This document shows, piece by piece, positions 50,403 to 62,996 of a stretch of DNA of 64,000 nt; position 1 is the first letter of the stretch; the number at the start of each line of letters is the position of its first letter. Origin of the DNA: Callorhinchus milii (lineage: Eukaryota); assembly GCF_018977255.1 (NCBI RefSeq), contig NW_024704755.1, forward strand, positions 15,562,001-15,626,000, read 5' to 3'. The translations under genes were made by a program, and so were the position numbers. The notes below the pieces were generated by a model. It was given only the letters and a program-made list of their open reading frames with translations, was not told where the DNA came from and did not search any database.

Positions 50403-51607
50403 CTGTAGAACAGATAAAGGGGTAGAATCATGATGTTACTTTGGGGGAATAAACCTTATTCTGATTTCTATTTCCAATTTTCTGACAGTCGAGAAGACTT
50501 GGAGGATTGTAAATCGTTGGAAACCTTTATAGCTTTTGGGGGGATGTTGATGTGCACATATCGGTGCCCTATTTGCCTACAAATATAATTATGAAGCCTT
50601 TGGAGACTGTCCAGGACGTGATTCTGTGCCATATCAATTGCAGTGACTATTATTGCTATTTAACCCACCAATGCAGCCCTGGGGAGGCTGATTTTTGGTG
50701 GGGATATCAACATCGAGGACACATTGAATCTGCCTCTTTGGTGCATGCGTAAGTTCCCACAGCATTTTTGGAAAAGACAAGGGATTTCTCCCCGGGTCCG
50801 GCCAAGAATTCCCAGATAAAAAATGGTCATTTACCTCATAAATATTTTTGGAACATTGTTGCTGACAATTGGATGCCGGCTTCGCGTACAAAAGCCACTC
50901 GTTTATACAACAATTCATGCCGATGTGAAAGGCGTCAAAAAATATATCATATGTGTTATTATTATCATTAGTAAGCCAAATGCGCCAATATCTTCCATAA
51001 ATTGTACAAATTGGGCCAACTACTGATTGAAGGCAATTAAATTACATATTTAAAATCATGGGACATTTATCTTGTGGATACTTCAAATTAAATTATCTAT
51101 ATTTTAAACTGGGGGGAAAAATTAATGCAAGGTGAGGATCTTAAAGTTTCAGAGACTGCAAATCAGTTAGAGGGTACCGAACGGTTACTGCTGGAATAAA
51201 CTGATGAGGGAGACATCACATTCCTTCCAACATGAGGAAATTCTAAAATCGTTTCTAATTATATTTAGTGTATTTGGTGTATTTAAGTTGAAAAGGGACG
51301 GACGTATATGCCATTAATGCTCAGATATGTCACATCATAAAACATGATCCATAATATTATATAACGGTGAATTTCGGCGGGCGGCAGTTTGAATTGTGCA
51401 CAATTGTGTAATAAAAAAAATTATTCGGATTTTGCAGCGTAACTATATTTCTTTCCCCAGAGAGGGAACATTACCATTAATTTGCAGAAAATGACATTGA
51501 AGAATACCACTGTAAATGTAACGAAAACAATATAAAAGATTCCGAAACATTTGTTTGCGGGATATTTCAACATAGGAACAGTCTCTATATCCATATCATT
51601 CACTTAC

Positions 51608-51928
51608 CGTACACGATTAAACGCGATCCATTTCCATTTCCTACTTTTTTCCCCTCTAACACCAGTTCGCAGTGATAGACTGCAGCATCCTGAATATTCA
51701 CATCCAGAAACTGGAAGAAGCGATTTCCTTTACTTTTAACTCCAAACCGTTTCCTGCTATCCTCTTGTGTGTGCAGGTATGTCGTCTCTCCCTGCTTCCT
51801 CCAGTACACTTGGATACGTGAAGAGTGTAGAGAGAATGGATAGCCGCAGTAGAAGGTGATGTTTGTTCCTCTGTTTGCCGTCAAGTATTCAGGGAATTGA
51901 GTAATTTTAACGGAAGTATCACCAAAAA
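51608..51928 (-). CDS. Gene 4 exon 2, VJ-type Ig V domain (subfamily II)
   Basis: 321 nt, phase 1-1; ITFYC, VYWRKQ, DAAVYHC, GNGNGSRLIV. Confidence 0.94.
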
Positions 51929-52198
51929 CTATCAAAAATGAAATATTGATGTATATTAATATGGACAAGTGGGTAGGAAAGCAAAAAAAATTAAATTAGA
52001 CAAAGATACATACAGACACACTGAGAGTAAGTCAGTAAACTGTGTTTATACCGAAACTACTCAATAATAATAATAATCCTTGCATTTGACATGGCGCCTT
52101 GTCACGTTTTCTCAAAGCGTTTCACAAAATATACTGCAAAGTGTAGTGGCAATCTACTTTCATTGCTAAATAAACTGGGTGATAGAGCAATCACTTAC

Positions 52199-52247
52199 CC
52201 GTGGAAATAATCACCAGGACACACAGGTATAACAAAGGACTCAACAT
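52199..52247 (-). CDS. Gene 4 exon 1, leader MLSPLLYLCVLVIIST(G)
   Basis: 49 nt, phase-1 donor G|gtaagt; hydrophobic signal peptide. Confidence 0.9.
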
Positions 52248-52328
52248 AATTCTAACCGCCTGGTGCTGCTGATCTGAATGTTGCTGGACTGTAACAAGCG
52301 TTTGCAGATTGATGTGAAGTACATCCTG

Positions 52329-52345
52329 TGACGTTTTACTTCCTC
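52329..52345 (-). promoter_or_regulatory. GAGGAAGT (PU.1/ETS-like) plus ACGTCA (CRE half-site) upstream of gene 4
   Basis: Motif match about 90 bp upstream of the ATG; function untested. Confidence 0.45.
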
Positions 52346-54779
52346 TCTCTTTAGAAAAGGCCAATTGATTAATAGATTGTCGCGATTTACACTGAAACAG
52401 TGGCTTAGAATTGTACCGACAAAAGCAAGGGAAGTGTGCAGAGAAAATGGTGAACGAAGATAAAATGTATCCGAAGTTCAGGTTTCAAAATAACTTTTTA
52501 CTTCCTGAACCAGCATGTTGTCTCATGCACTAAACCCTGTTGTTTCCCAATGTAGATTCTGGGATGAATTTTATGACACATCTATTTACTTTACAGTTCC
52601 TTCATACTTCACTCTACTCTTATTATACACAACAAAAAGAAAATGCCAAACCTACTATTATTTACCGTATATCTATTTAATCGGCAGAGTTTTAAGAGAT
52701 TTTGTTTTATTAAATAATGATTTATTGAAGTTAATGTGTGAGACTAAAAGTGCAGCTGTGTATCCATATAAACAGTTTACATACATTCAAACTTGTATCT
52801 AAAAGATGGAAAACTGCGTATTATTGATTGATAATAACGGACTATAAGCTGTGCACAGTCTAATATATCAGTAGTTCACGCGGAGACTACATATTTCTCC
52901 CACGGAAGGTTGATGGTGCAGGAAGCTAATCATTGAGGAGAGTATTGTGTCAGCCCGGTTCAGTTACGAGCAGTATCGCCTCTGAATCGGAGAGTTGTAA
53001 ATTCACCACCACTACATAAGAACTCTAAGTTCACAGTCTAGACATACAAGAGCAATATATTTTAATATATTGTTGTTGATTTCACGATATCGATGCAATG
53101 CTTACTGTGTCTAGATCAGTTATTACTGTGTACATTTATGAAGACTGTGACTGCTTGCCATGTATTGCATAAAAGTACACAATGTTATTTTGGAAATTAT
53201 TGATCATATGCCCAAACCTGGAGCACCAGGGCATTGAAGTCGCAGTAATTTAGAGAGTTTATCTGCTGGTGTTTTTTGTGGATCTGTTCACTACAAAACA
53301 CAGTACATTTCCAATTTGCCCGAATGTGGACGGTACAAATAAAGACGAATTAACAGTTAAGAAGACTTAACAATTTACATACTATTGATTTACGGCGTAG
53401 TTTTATATTGAATCGCGAGGTCAATGTAGAGATTTTAGATTCCGTCTTCGTGGCCATGTCTATCTGTTTCACTTTGTGCAACTTGGAAGGAAGCCATTTA
53501 ATTAGTCACAGAGCATATTTATATTTAGAGTTATAGCAAATTGTGAATTTCAGTCCTATCAATTGCGGTAAACCAAATTTGCTATTTTGTATTGACGGCA
53601 AAGATATTCTCTTTATACACAAATAAAGCAAATTGCAGACCAGAGGGAGTAATAGCGTCACAAACTTGGAGAGGCAAGCCTTTGGGTTGTATCAGAGGGC
53701 CGGAGCCCATGTGCAAAGATCAAGCCTCCAGATGTCGCTCTCTCTCTTTCTCTGGGGCTCCAGGAAACAGACCAAAGATCAAGCCTATGGCAAATGGATG
53801 GCCTGGTGGTTTGGAGCAAGGTGGATGGTGAAAATGAATGCTTGTAAGAGAGATTGTAAGACACCGATGTGCACCCCTCCCACCCCACTTAAGCCGCCCC
53901 TCTTGGATTGTGTCGTGTAAAGAAATGTGCCATAACGCTGTTGGGCTGCTAAGGTTTCCCTCCTGTTCTGATAAAACTGTGATGCTTTAACCATGCCCCT
54001 TATATACCAGTCAGAACTTTTCTTATAAACTATTTTGCAAGTAAATATGTACTCCCTGTAGCCCTGAAGTAAAAGTTCCCCTTTGGAATAGGTTGAGATA
54101 AATAGTGAAAAAGTATCAGAATTCTCTATGTTTAATCTATCTGTGTTGGTCTTGGATAAGAGTTGAACTCTTAGTCAGGTATCACCTAGCAATGGTTGTT
54201 GGACCCGAGAGTGTGATAACTACAAGAACGGGCACTGGCAGTCAAGATTAAATTTAATTCTAACGATTTTTCTCTTTACAGTTGTTGTAAAGTCGTTTCC
54301 AATGTATTAAGCATTATAACCATTATTTCACTCAATAATTATTTCACTTTAAATAGTTACAATGTCATGAAAAGCAAAACCCTATTTCATGATTATACTG
54401 TTCAATATAAGGCACCACCTTATCATCTTGTCGACGCCTCTCAATTTGCTTCACGGGATATAAAAATATTGTCATACTAATTTCAAGTGCTTTGAGATGC
54501 CGACGTGAAGGGTGCTATATAAATGCAAGTTGTTGCTGTTCACAAATATTAGTTCTGATCGACCTATTATGCAATACACGGCAGTGGGGTAAAGAGGAGA
54601 ACGTAAAGGTGAAAATGGAAACGTAAAATTGATAAGAGTATAGTTCACATTTAGCCATCATTTCTAGTAATACTCACACAAAGTGACCCAAGATTACAAT
54701 GCACTTTTTCCCCTGACTCTTCCTACACATCAACAAAGGCAATTTTAATGCCCAATCAAGAATTTTGGAAAATATTAAC

Positions 54780-55190
54780 AAGAACAATAATAAAATTACA
54801 TTTCTATCGCACCATTCTTGTCAGGAAGATGTCCCAAGGGGCTGCACAGAAAGAGTTTTGGACACAAGTTGGGGGTTGGGGATGGGGAGTATAGAGGGCA
54901 AGGGGGGAAGCAGGGAGATCGAAAGCACGGTCAAATAGGAGGGTCTTCAGATGGGTCTTGAAGGAGACAAGGGAGGGGGCGAGGCAGAGGGACTGCAGGA
55001 TGGAGTTCCAGAGAGTGGGGGCAGAGTGGCCAAAGGCCCACTCACCAATATTAGGGCAAGCAAGGCGGGGGACGTGAAGCAGGCCTGAGCCCACTGAGCG
55101 GAGGGAGCGAGCAGGATGGTAGGGGATTACAGGGTCGCAGAGGGGTAGGAGGAGGTGACCGTAAGCACGGTCAAAGAGTAAAGTCTTCAG
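54780..55190 (-). mobile_element. L2 3' fragment
   Basis: GLLHVPR...AFGHSAPTLWNS...FKTHLKTLLF. Confidence 0.82.
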
Positions 55191-56974
55191 CTGTGATCTA
55201 CAAGGTGGAGTGAAGCCTAGCTAGGACTGGTGTGATGGGGTTACTGAGTTTAGTGTCAATGAGATTACAGGCTTTGGAGTTTTTAATCATTTAGCTTGTG
55301 GGTAGTGGAGAATGGTGAGAAGGGCATTTGAGTAGTCAAGGTACGAGGTGGCTAAGGCATGGAGAGGGTTTTCTGCTAACGTGCGGGTGAGGTACCATCC
55401 AAAAAGTTCAAATAATCCATAATTCAGCTGCTCCTACCCACACCCACACTAAATTGTTATGTATCACCCCAATCCTCACCAAGCTCTACTGGCTCATTGT
55501 CTTAGAACGGATCAACTTCAAGGTCCTCACCCTCACATATGAAATCTTTCACACATTTTGAAAGGTTTCAGATGCTCCCGGATTCACACCAAAATTTAGT
55601 AATTGTGTAATTTGTAGGCTAAGGTATAACAACCAACAATTAAACAATTCAAAAACAACTCAGTTAAATTCCAATAAAAGAAATGCAATTTTCAAATAAA
55701 ATAAGTGTAAAAATATTGAATAGGTACTGTGGAATAATGATACTGCAGAATGTTCAGTTGCTGATCAGTCTTCCATTTGAACTACGAGTACAATAAAGCT
55801 AATATTCCTTGCATTTGATATAATAAAAATAATAATATCCTTGCATTTGATATAGCATCTTATCACATTTTCGAGACGTCTCAAAGTGCTTCACAGATAT
55901 ACTGTAAGCTGAATTGGTTGTATACGTTGTGGGTGAAACACGGCAGCCAATTGCGCTCAGCTGTGTCCCACAAACAGTCGTGGATTGAGTGACCAAATTA
56001 TTATTATTTTTAATTTTTTAGGGACTTTGTCAATATATTTCGAAACTTTCATATGATATATTGTAAAGTCGTAATGCTGCGGATATTTTATAGGTGAACA
56101 CGGACGCCAATTTGTAAACTGCCATGTCCCACATACAGCAATTGATGGCCAATTTTATTGGGGAGACTGTTAGCCAAGTCACCGATATCAATTATTTTCT
56201 CTAAGTATTGTTAACATGTTATTGTGAGTATATCTCGAATGACCCAAAAACGTTATTCACAAGAAAATATACATATATAATAAGGTTGAGCGTGCACCAG
56301 TAAATAGCTACAACTCAAGCATCTAGCCCTCCACGAGATTATATTACCCACTAACCAATCATACGAGATCCTTACAGCAACACGTGTATGCAGAAAAAGT
56401 ATACCATACATGTGACTACCGAGTTATCAGATTGTATGCATTGGTTTTCCGAGATAATTCAAAGTAATGTTTGATGGGAAACTGCAAGTGATTAAAGCAC
56501 AAGCAGGTGCTAAGTGTAGTGTACAGACAATCGTCGTAACTAGAATTAAATCGGGGACACACAACGTTACCACGCTAGCCAATCCTGTTATCAAATTTTG
56601 TCAAAATAACAGAACGTTACAGCGCAAAAATAGCCAATTCAGCGCAACTGATTCCTGCCGATACTCCATAAATTACCTAACCTAATCACTTCTCCCTCAC
56701 GTCTGCACCAAACTTCCTCTTAAATATGTTGTGCTTCAGCCACAATTTCCATCATGAGATCCACATTCTCACCAGCTTTTGGGTAATTGAATTGGGAAGC
56801 GTTTTGGATGCATTTAAGTTCACAACTGTTCTGAAAGTCGCACCAACCACATCAAATTATTTCCCGAGCTGACAAAGGCAGAAGGTCAAAAGTCATCGCA
56901 ACTTATTCATTTTTGGCAATCGCCAACCTTTGTTGCAGACAGCAATGGGTTCAGATGAGTCCCAAAATTGCCAT

Positions 56975-57368
56975 TTATTGCATTTATATATGTCAACCGG
57001 AATACCACCAAAAACTATAACAAATTAAATATCGATGTATGTTATATGGACAAATGGTTAGCGTAGCAAGTATTCGGAGAATTAAGTTATGTTGATCGAG
57101 GTACGGATCCATTAGAGAATAATTACAAACTACTAGGGAGAGGATGAAAAATTGAGCAAGAAACAGAGAAGTACCGAGAAGAGATAACGAATACGTTGGT
57201 GTATGTGAAACAATACATTCAATGTATACAAATGGAAGTTACCATCTCTTATTTGGTTGCTAAACAGACTGAAAGATACATCCCATTGTTTTTTTTAAAA
57301 AAAAACACATATAAACTGAATGCACACCTGTGGAAATAAACTCCGGAATCACATGCACAGCGCAACAT
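56975..57368 (-). pseudogene. Relic leader plus start of V exon of a subfamily-II gene at the palindrome centre
   Basis: The ATG at 57368 to ...ATTTCCACAG|gt at 57328 is 41 nt, against 49 nt in gene 4 (frame broken). 56990-57070 matches the gene 4 V acceptor region (tag|TT TTT GGT G) and then loses homology. Confidence 0.6.
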
Positions 57369-60300
57369 TTGCTATTATTCTGTTCATTTATCGGGACTGG
57401 TTTAAACCCTTTGCTGCTCTGCAACCCAAGGGTTGTCGATTGCCAAATATGAATATGTGGCTTTGAAGTTTGATCTCCTCCCTTTCTCGGTTCAGGAAAT
57501 AATTGTGTGTGGTTGGTGCGCTTTGTCGAACAATTGTGAATTTAGATAAACCGGGATTCAATCACTGGGGTAACAGATTAGCTGTAATGTTCAAATTAAA
57601 CAACAACAAATTAAATAGGTACAGAGTCTCAAATACAGTATTTATTCTAATTTGCTGAACTTGCGTTTTGATTTATGCATCCAAAACGGTCCCCAATTCG
57701 ATTATCTCAAAGGCAGTGAGAATGTGGAACTCACTGACGGAAGCTGTACATATTTTAACAGGAAGCTTCATGCAGCCAAGAGGGAGAAGGGATTTGAGAG
57801 GGGTGATTTCGCGAGTATAAAGAGTGACAGGAATTATTTGCTCTGAATTCGCTGTTTCTGCATGTAATGTTCTATGTTATTATACATGACAACATTTGAT
57901 AAAAGGATGGGTTAACATATGAGTGTTGTATGTATGCGATTCAGTTCTAATTACATGTTTTTCTGTACATTATACTTGACACATAAAATCGGCTTGAGCG
58001 TTAATCACTTGCACTCTCACTTCAAATTGATTCAGAAGACCAATGCATACAATCTGATAGGTCGGTAGTCACTCGTACAGTGTACTTTTTTTGCAGGCAC
58101 ATATCGCTGTAAGGATATCGTATGACTGGTTAGTGGGTGATAACCTCATGGAGGGCTAGACGCTTCGGTTGTAGTTGCTTGGTGAAAGCTAAACCATGTT
58201 ATTTATGTATAGTTTCTTGTAAATAACTGTATTGGGTCATTGGAGATAACATCGTAATAAGTAAGTGAAAATAATTTATACTGGTGGCTTGGCCAACAAG
58301 CTCCTCAATAAAATTGGTCAATCCATTCCTGTGTGTGGGACATGGCAGTGTACAAATTGAAATCCATGTTCACCCACAAAACAGCCACAACATAACTACC
58401 TTACAATATATGATTCAAAAGAGTGCGAAAAGCCTCATATATGAGGGTGAGGACTTGAAGTTGATCTGTTCGAAGACATTGAGACATTGAGCTTCGTGAG
58501 GATTTGAGTGACATGCAATAGTTTAGTACTTGTGCAGTTAGGAGTGGTGGAATTCTGGATTAGTTGAACCTTGTGGATGGTGAAACTGAGGAGATCAGCG
58601 AGAAATACATTTGAGAAGTCCAAGACGGAGATACAAAGCATGGTTCAGAATTTTGCTGTTGAATTCCAGTATGAAGTAGAAGCAGATGCCGTCAATTTGA
58701 TGGAAATGAAGTAAAGCAGCCTTGATTAGGGAATGAATATGAATTAGGAAGGACACCTGAGAATGGAACCAGATGTCAAGGTTGAGGACTCGTTTGGTGA
58801 GTTTGAGGAATAGGCGTGGAGGCTAAGGCAGTCAGAACCAAGGGAACTAAGGAAGTTTGCTTCCATCTTGTCCATGTTGAGTTGCAGAGGGTTGGTGCTC
58901 ATCCAGACCTTAATGTCTAATCAGCAGACAGACAGCACATTAGTGGGCCTGGTATTGCTATTGGAAGTAGAAAAGTAGATTTAGGTGTCATTTGCATAAC
59001 TCTGGAAGATAACCCCATTTCTGTGGATGATGTTGCCAAGAGGAAGCTATAATCCAAGTTTGCAATGCAAGGGAAAGCCTCAATCAAAATCCATTCATAC
59101 TAAATTCTGTACCCCAATCACACCAGCCCTAGCTTCTGTCCATCTTACCCCCTCCTTCCGCTCTTTTAGATCACAACTGAAGACCTTTCTCTTCGACTTT
59201 GCATAAAGTTAACCCCCCCCCCCACCACCATGCTCAGCGTCAGGCTTCAACATGTTTAAGCGCTCCGAGATGCTGCCCTATATGAAGGGTGCTATATAAT
59301 GCAAATTGTTGTTGTAGATTTGCCTGGTTCAAAAAACAGCAATATAATGACAAGAATAAGGAATATATTATGACATACTGCACTTATTTAAAGTGAAATA
59401 ATTACAGAAAATATAACGCTTGCAATGCTTAATACATTGACAACTTTATGCTCGGAAAAGCGGATAATATTAGTAGACAACTGTAAAAACAAAAGTCATT
59501 GGAATGAAATTTAATGATCACCGCTCGTGCCCGTTAATGTACTTATCACACTCTCGGGTCCAACAACCATCACTGAGTGTTACCCAACTAGCAGTTCAAC
59601 TCTGAACCAAGGCCAACACAGACAGATTAAACACATGGGATTGTGATACCTTTTTAGTGTTTATTTCAATCTACTCCGAAATGGAACTTTTACTTCGGCT
59701 TAGCCTTTGGTCTGCTTAATAATAATAATAATAATAATACTTGCATTTGATATAGTGCTTTTCACGTCGGGAGGACGTACCAAAGTGCTTCACAGAACAC
59801 ACTGTAAAGTGAATTGACTGTATATTTGTGGGCGAACGCGGCAGCCAATTGCGCACAGCAATGTCCTACAAACAGTCGTAGATTGAAAATGACCAATTTT
59901 TTTTATTATTGTTTTTGGTTTTTTCGAGGGATTCCTAAAACAGCAGAAAGAAAACAAGAGAGTGAGAGAGAAAGAGCGACCTCTGGGGGCTTGATCACCC
60001 CTTTGTTGCACACCGGCTCTGGCCCTCTCTGATATCCAAAGCCTTTGTTTCCAATTTTGCTACACTAATACTTCCACTGTTCTGCAAATTGTTTATTTGT
60101 GTTTATGTAGTAACTTTCTTGGCAACAAAAAATAGCAAAATTCGTTTACCACAACTGATAGGACTGAAATTCAGAATTTGTTTCTAACTCTAAATATAAA
60201 TAGACTCCATGACTAATTGAATGGCTTCCTTCCAAGCTGCACAAAGTGAAACAGATAGATATGGTGACGTTGCCAAAACATAAAAACTCCTCATTCACCT

Positions 60301-61140
60301 CATGATTCAATGCAAAACTATACCATAAATCAATAGTGAGTCAATTGTTAAGTCTTCTTAATTGCTAAATCGTCTTTATTTGTACCGTTCACATTCAGGC
60401 AAACTGGAAATGTATTTTGGAGTGAATAGATCCATAAAAAGCAGCAGCGGATAAATTCCTTAAATTACTGCTTCTACAATGCCCAGGTGCTACAGGTTTG
60501 GGCATATAATTAATATTTTCCAAAATAACATTGTGTACTTCTATGAAGTACATGCCAAAAGATTTGGAGTAAATGTCAAGCAGCAAATGCATGTTTTCAC
60601 AAATGTGAACAGTTGTAACTGATCTACAAATCTCAGCATTGTAGCAATATTGTGAAATCAAGAACAATTTATTGTAATAGATTGCTCTTGCCTATCTAGA
60701 CTGTGAACTCTGAGTTCTTATGTGGTGGTCACAAATTTAGAACTCACTGATTCAGAGGCGACACTGCCTCTAACTGAACCGGGCTGACACAATACTCTCC
60801 ACAATGAATAGCTTCCTGCACCAACCTTCCGTGGGAGAAATATGCAGTCTCCGCGTGAACTACTGATATATCAGATTGTGCACATTTTCGGGCATGATCG
60901 ACGTGCTTGAAGAGATGATTTATGATGAATAATGCAGTTCTGCATAGTTTAGATAAAAAGTAGAATGTATGTAAACAGTGTTGATCTTGCACTTCACCTC
61001 ATGAAATGTGAAATGCAATTTCCTGCTGCATTTCACTCACAAATTATGCAGTCAATTCACTCTACAGTACATTATGTAAAGAGATTCAGGACTTCTCGAA
61101 GATGTGATAAGGTTCTATGTCAAATGAAAGGATTATTATT

Positions 61141-62054
61141 AATACATCCTTATTTAATAAAATACAATATCTTAAAAATCGACTGATTAAATAGTATACG
61201 GTAACTAATAGTAGGTTTGACTTTTGGTTTTATTCTGTGTAATAAGGGTACAGTCAAGTATGAAGAAGGAACTGTAAGGTTAGTAGATTAGTAGTAGTTT
61301 CTCTACATTGGGGAACAACTTCCTTCAGTGCATTAAGCAACATGCTGGTTCAAGAAGCAATGGTTATTTTTAAAAAAGAAAAAAAAAAGAAATATAGTTA
61401 CGCTGCGAAATCTGAATAAAAAATATTATTATTTTAAATTGTGCGTAATTCAAACTGCCACCCACCTAAATTCACCCTCATATAATAATATCGATCATGT
61501 TTTATGATTTGACAACTCTGATCATTAATGTAATATAAGTCCGTCCCTTTTCAACTTAACTACACCAAATACACACATTTATAATCTGAAACGATTTTAG
61601 AATTTGCTCGTGCTGGAAGGAATGTGATTTCTCACTGTTCAGTTTATTTCAGCAGTAACCTTTCGGTACCCCACTACTGATTTCTAAAAGTTTAAGGTTC
61701 TTAATGTGTACAATTATTTTTCCAGTTTAAAATATAGATAAATTATTAATAATTAATAATTAACTAATTAATAATTAGTAGATGAATAATTATTAATTGA
61801 TTAATTAATAATTATTAATTAATACATCCTTATTTAATAAAATACAATATCTTAAAAATCGACTGATTAAATAGTATACGGTAACTAATAGTAGGTTTGA
61901 CTTTTGGTTTTATTGTGTGTAATAAGGGTACAGTCAAGTATGAAGAAGGAACTGTAAGGTTAGTAGATTAGTAGTAGTTAATCTACATTGGGGAACAACT
62001 TCCTTTAGTGCATTAAGCAACATGCTGGTTCAAGAAGCAATGGTTATTTTTAAA
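61141..62054 (+). repeat. Near-identical 234-bp direct repeats (61141-61374 and 61821-62054) enclosing a copy (61386-61745) of gene 5 intron sequence 63150-63510
   Basis: Direct string comparison. Confidence 0.9.
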
Positions 62055-62283
62055 CCTGAACTTCGGATACATTTCATCATCTTTCAGCGTTTTCCCTACA
62101 TATCTCTTTTGCTTTTGCCGAAACAATTCTAAGCTATTGTTTCGGAGTAAATGGCAACTGCCTACTAATCAATTGGCGATTCCTAAAGAGGGAGTCAAAC
62201 GTCACAAGATGTACATCATATCAATCTGCATATGTTACAGACCAGCAACAGCTTCAGATCAGTCGCACCAGGTGATGAAAATT

Positions 62284-62332
62284 ATGTTGAGTCCTTTGCT
62301 TTTCCTGTGTGTCCTGGTGATTATTTCCACGG
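62284..62332 (+). CDS. Gene 5 exon 1, leader MLSPLLFLCVLVIIST(G)
   Basis: 49 nt, G|gtaaga donor; inverted paralogue of the gene 4 leader; an in-frame upstream ATG lies at 62275. Confidence 0.88.
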
Positions 62333-62675
62333 GTAAGAGATTACTCTATCATCCCGTTTATTTAGCAATGAAAGTAGATTGAGTAGTTTCAGTTTAAACA
62401 CTCCAGTTTACAATAACAATAAAATTACATTTGTATAGCGCCTTTCTCAAGTCGCTGGAGTCAAGTCAATGTTTCACACCTGAGCTGGGGGTCAAGATCG
62501 GGGAGTGTGGAGTGCAGGGGGAGAAGGAGTGTGATCGAAGAATGGGTCTTGAGACGGGTCTTGAAGGAGTTTACTGATATACTCTCAGTGTGTCTGTATG
62601 TATCTTTGTCTAATTTAATTTTTTTTTGCTTTCCTACCCACTTGTCCATATACATCAATATTTCATTTTTGATAG

Positions 62676-62996
62676 TTTTTGGTGATACTTCCGTTAAAAT
62701 TACTCAATTCCCTGAATGTTTGACGGCAAACAGACGAACAAACATCACCTTCTACTGCGGCTATCCATTCTCTGTACACTCTTCACGTATCCAAGTGTAC
62801 TGGAGGAAGCAGGGAGAGACGACATACCTGCACACACAAGAGGACAGCAGGAAACGGTTTGGAGTTAAAAGTAAAGGAAATCGCTTCTTCCAGTTTCTGG
62901 ATGTGAATATTCAGGATGCTGCAGTCTATCACTGCGAACTGGTGTTAGAGGGGAAAAAAGTAGGAAAAGGAAATGGATCGCGTTTAATCGTGTACG
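62676..62996 (+). CDS. Gene 5 exon 2, VJ-type Ig V domain; remaining exons lie beyond the window
   Basis: 321 nt, phase 1-1, open; 6 nt differences from the gene 4 V exon. Confidence 0.92.
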
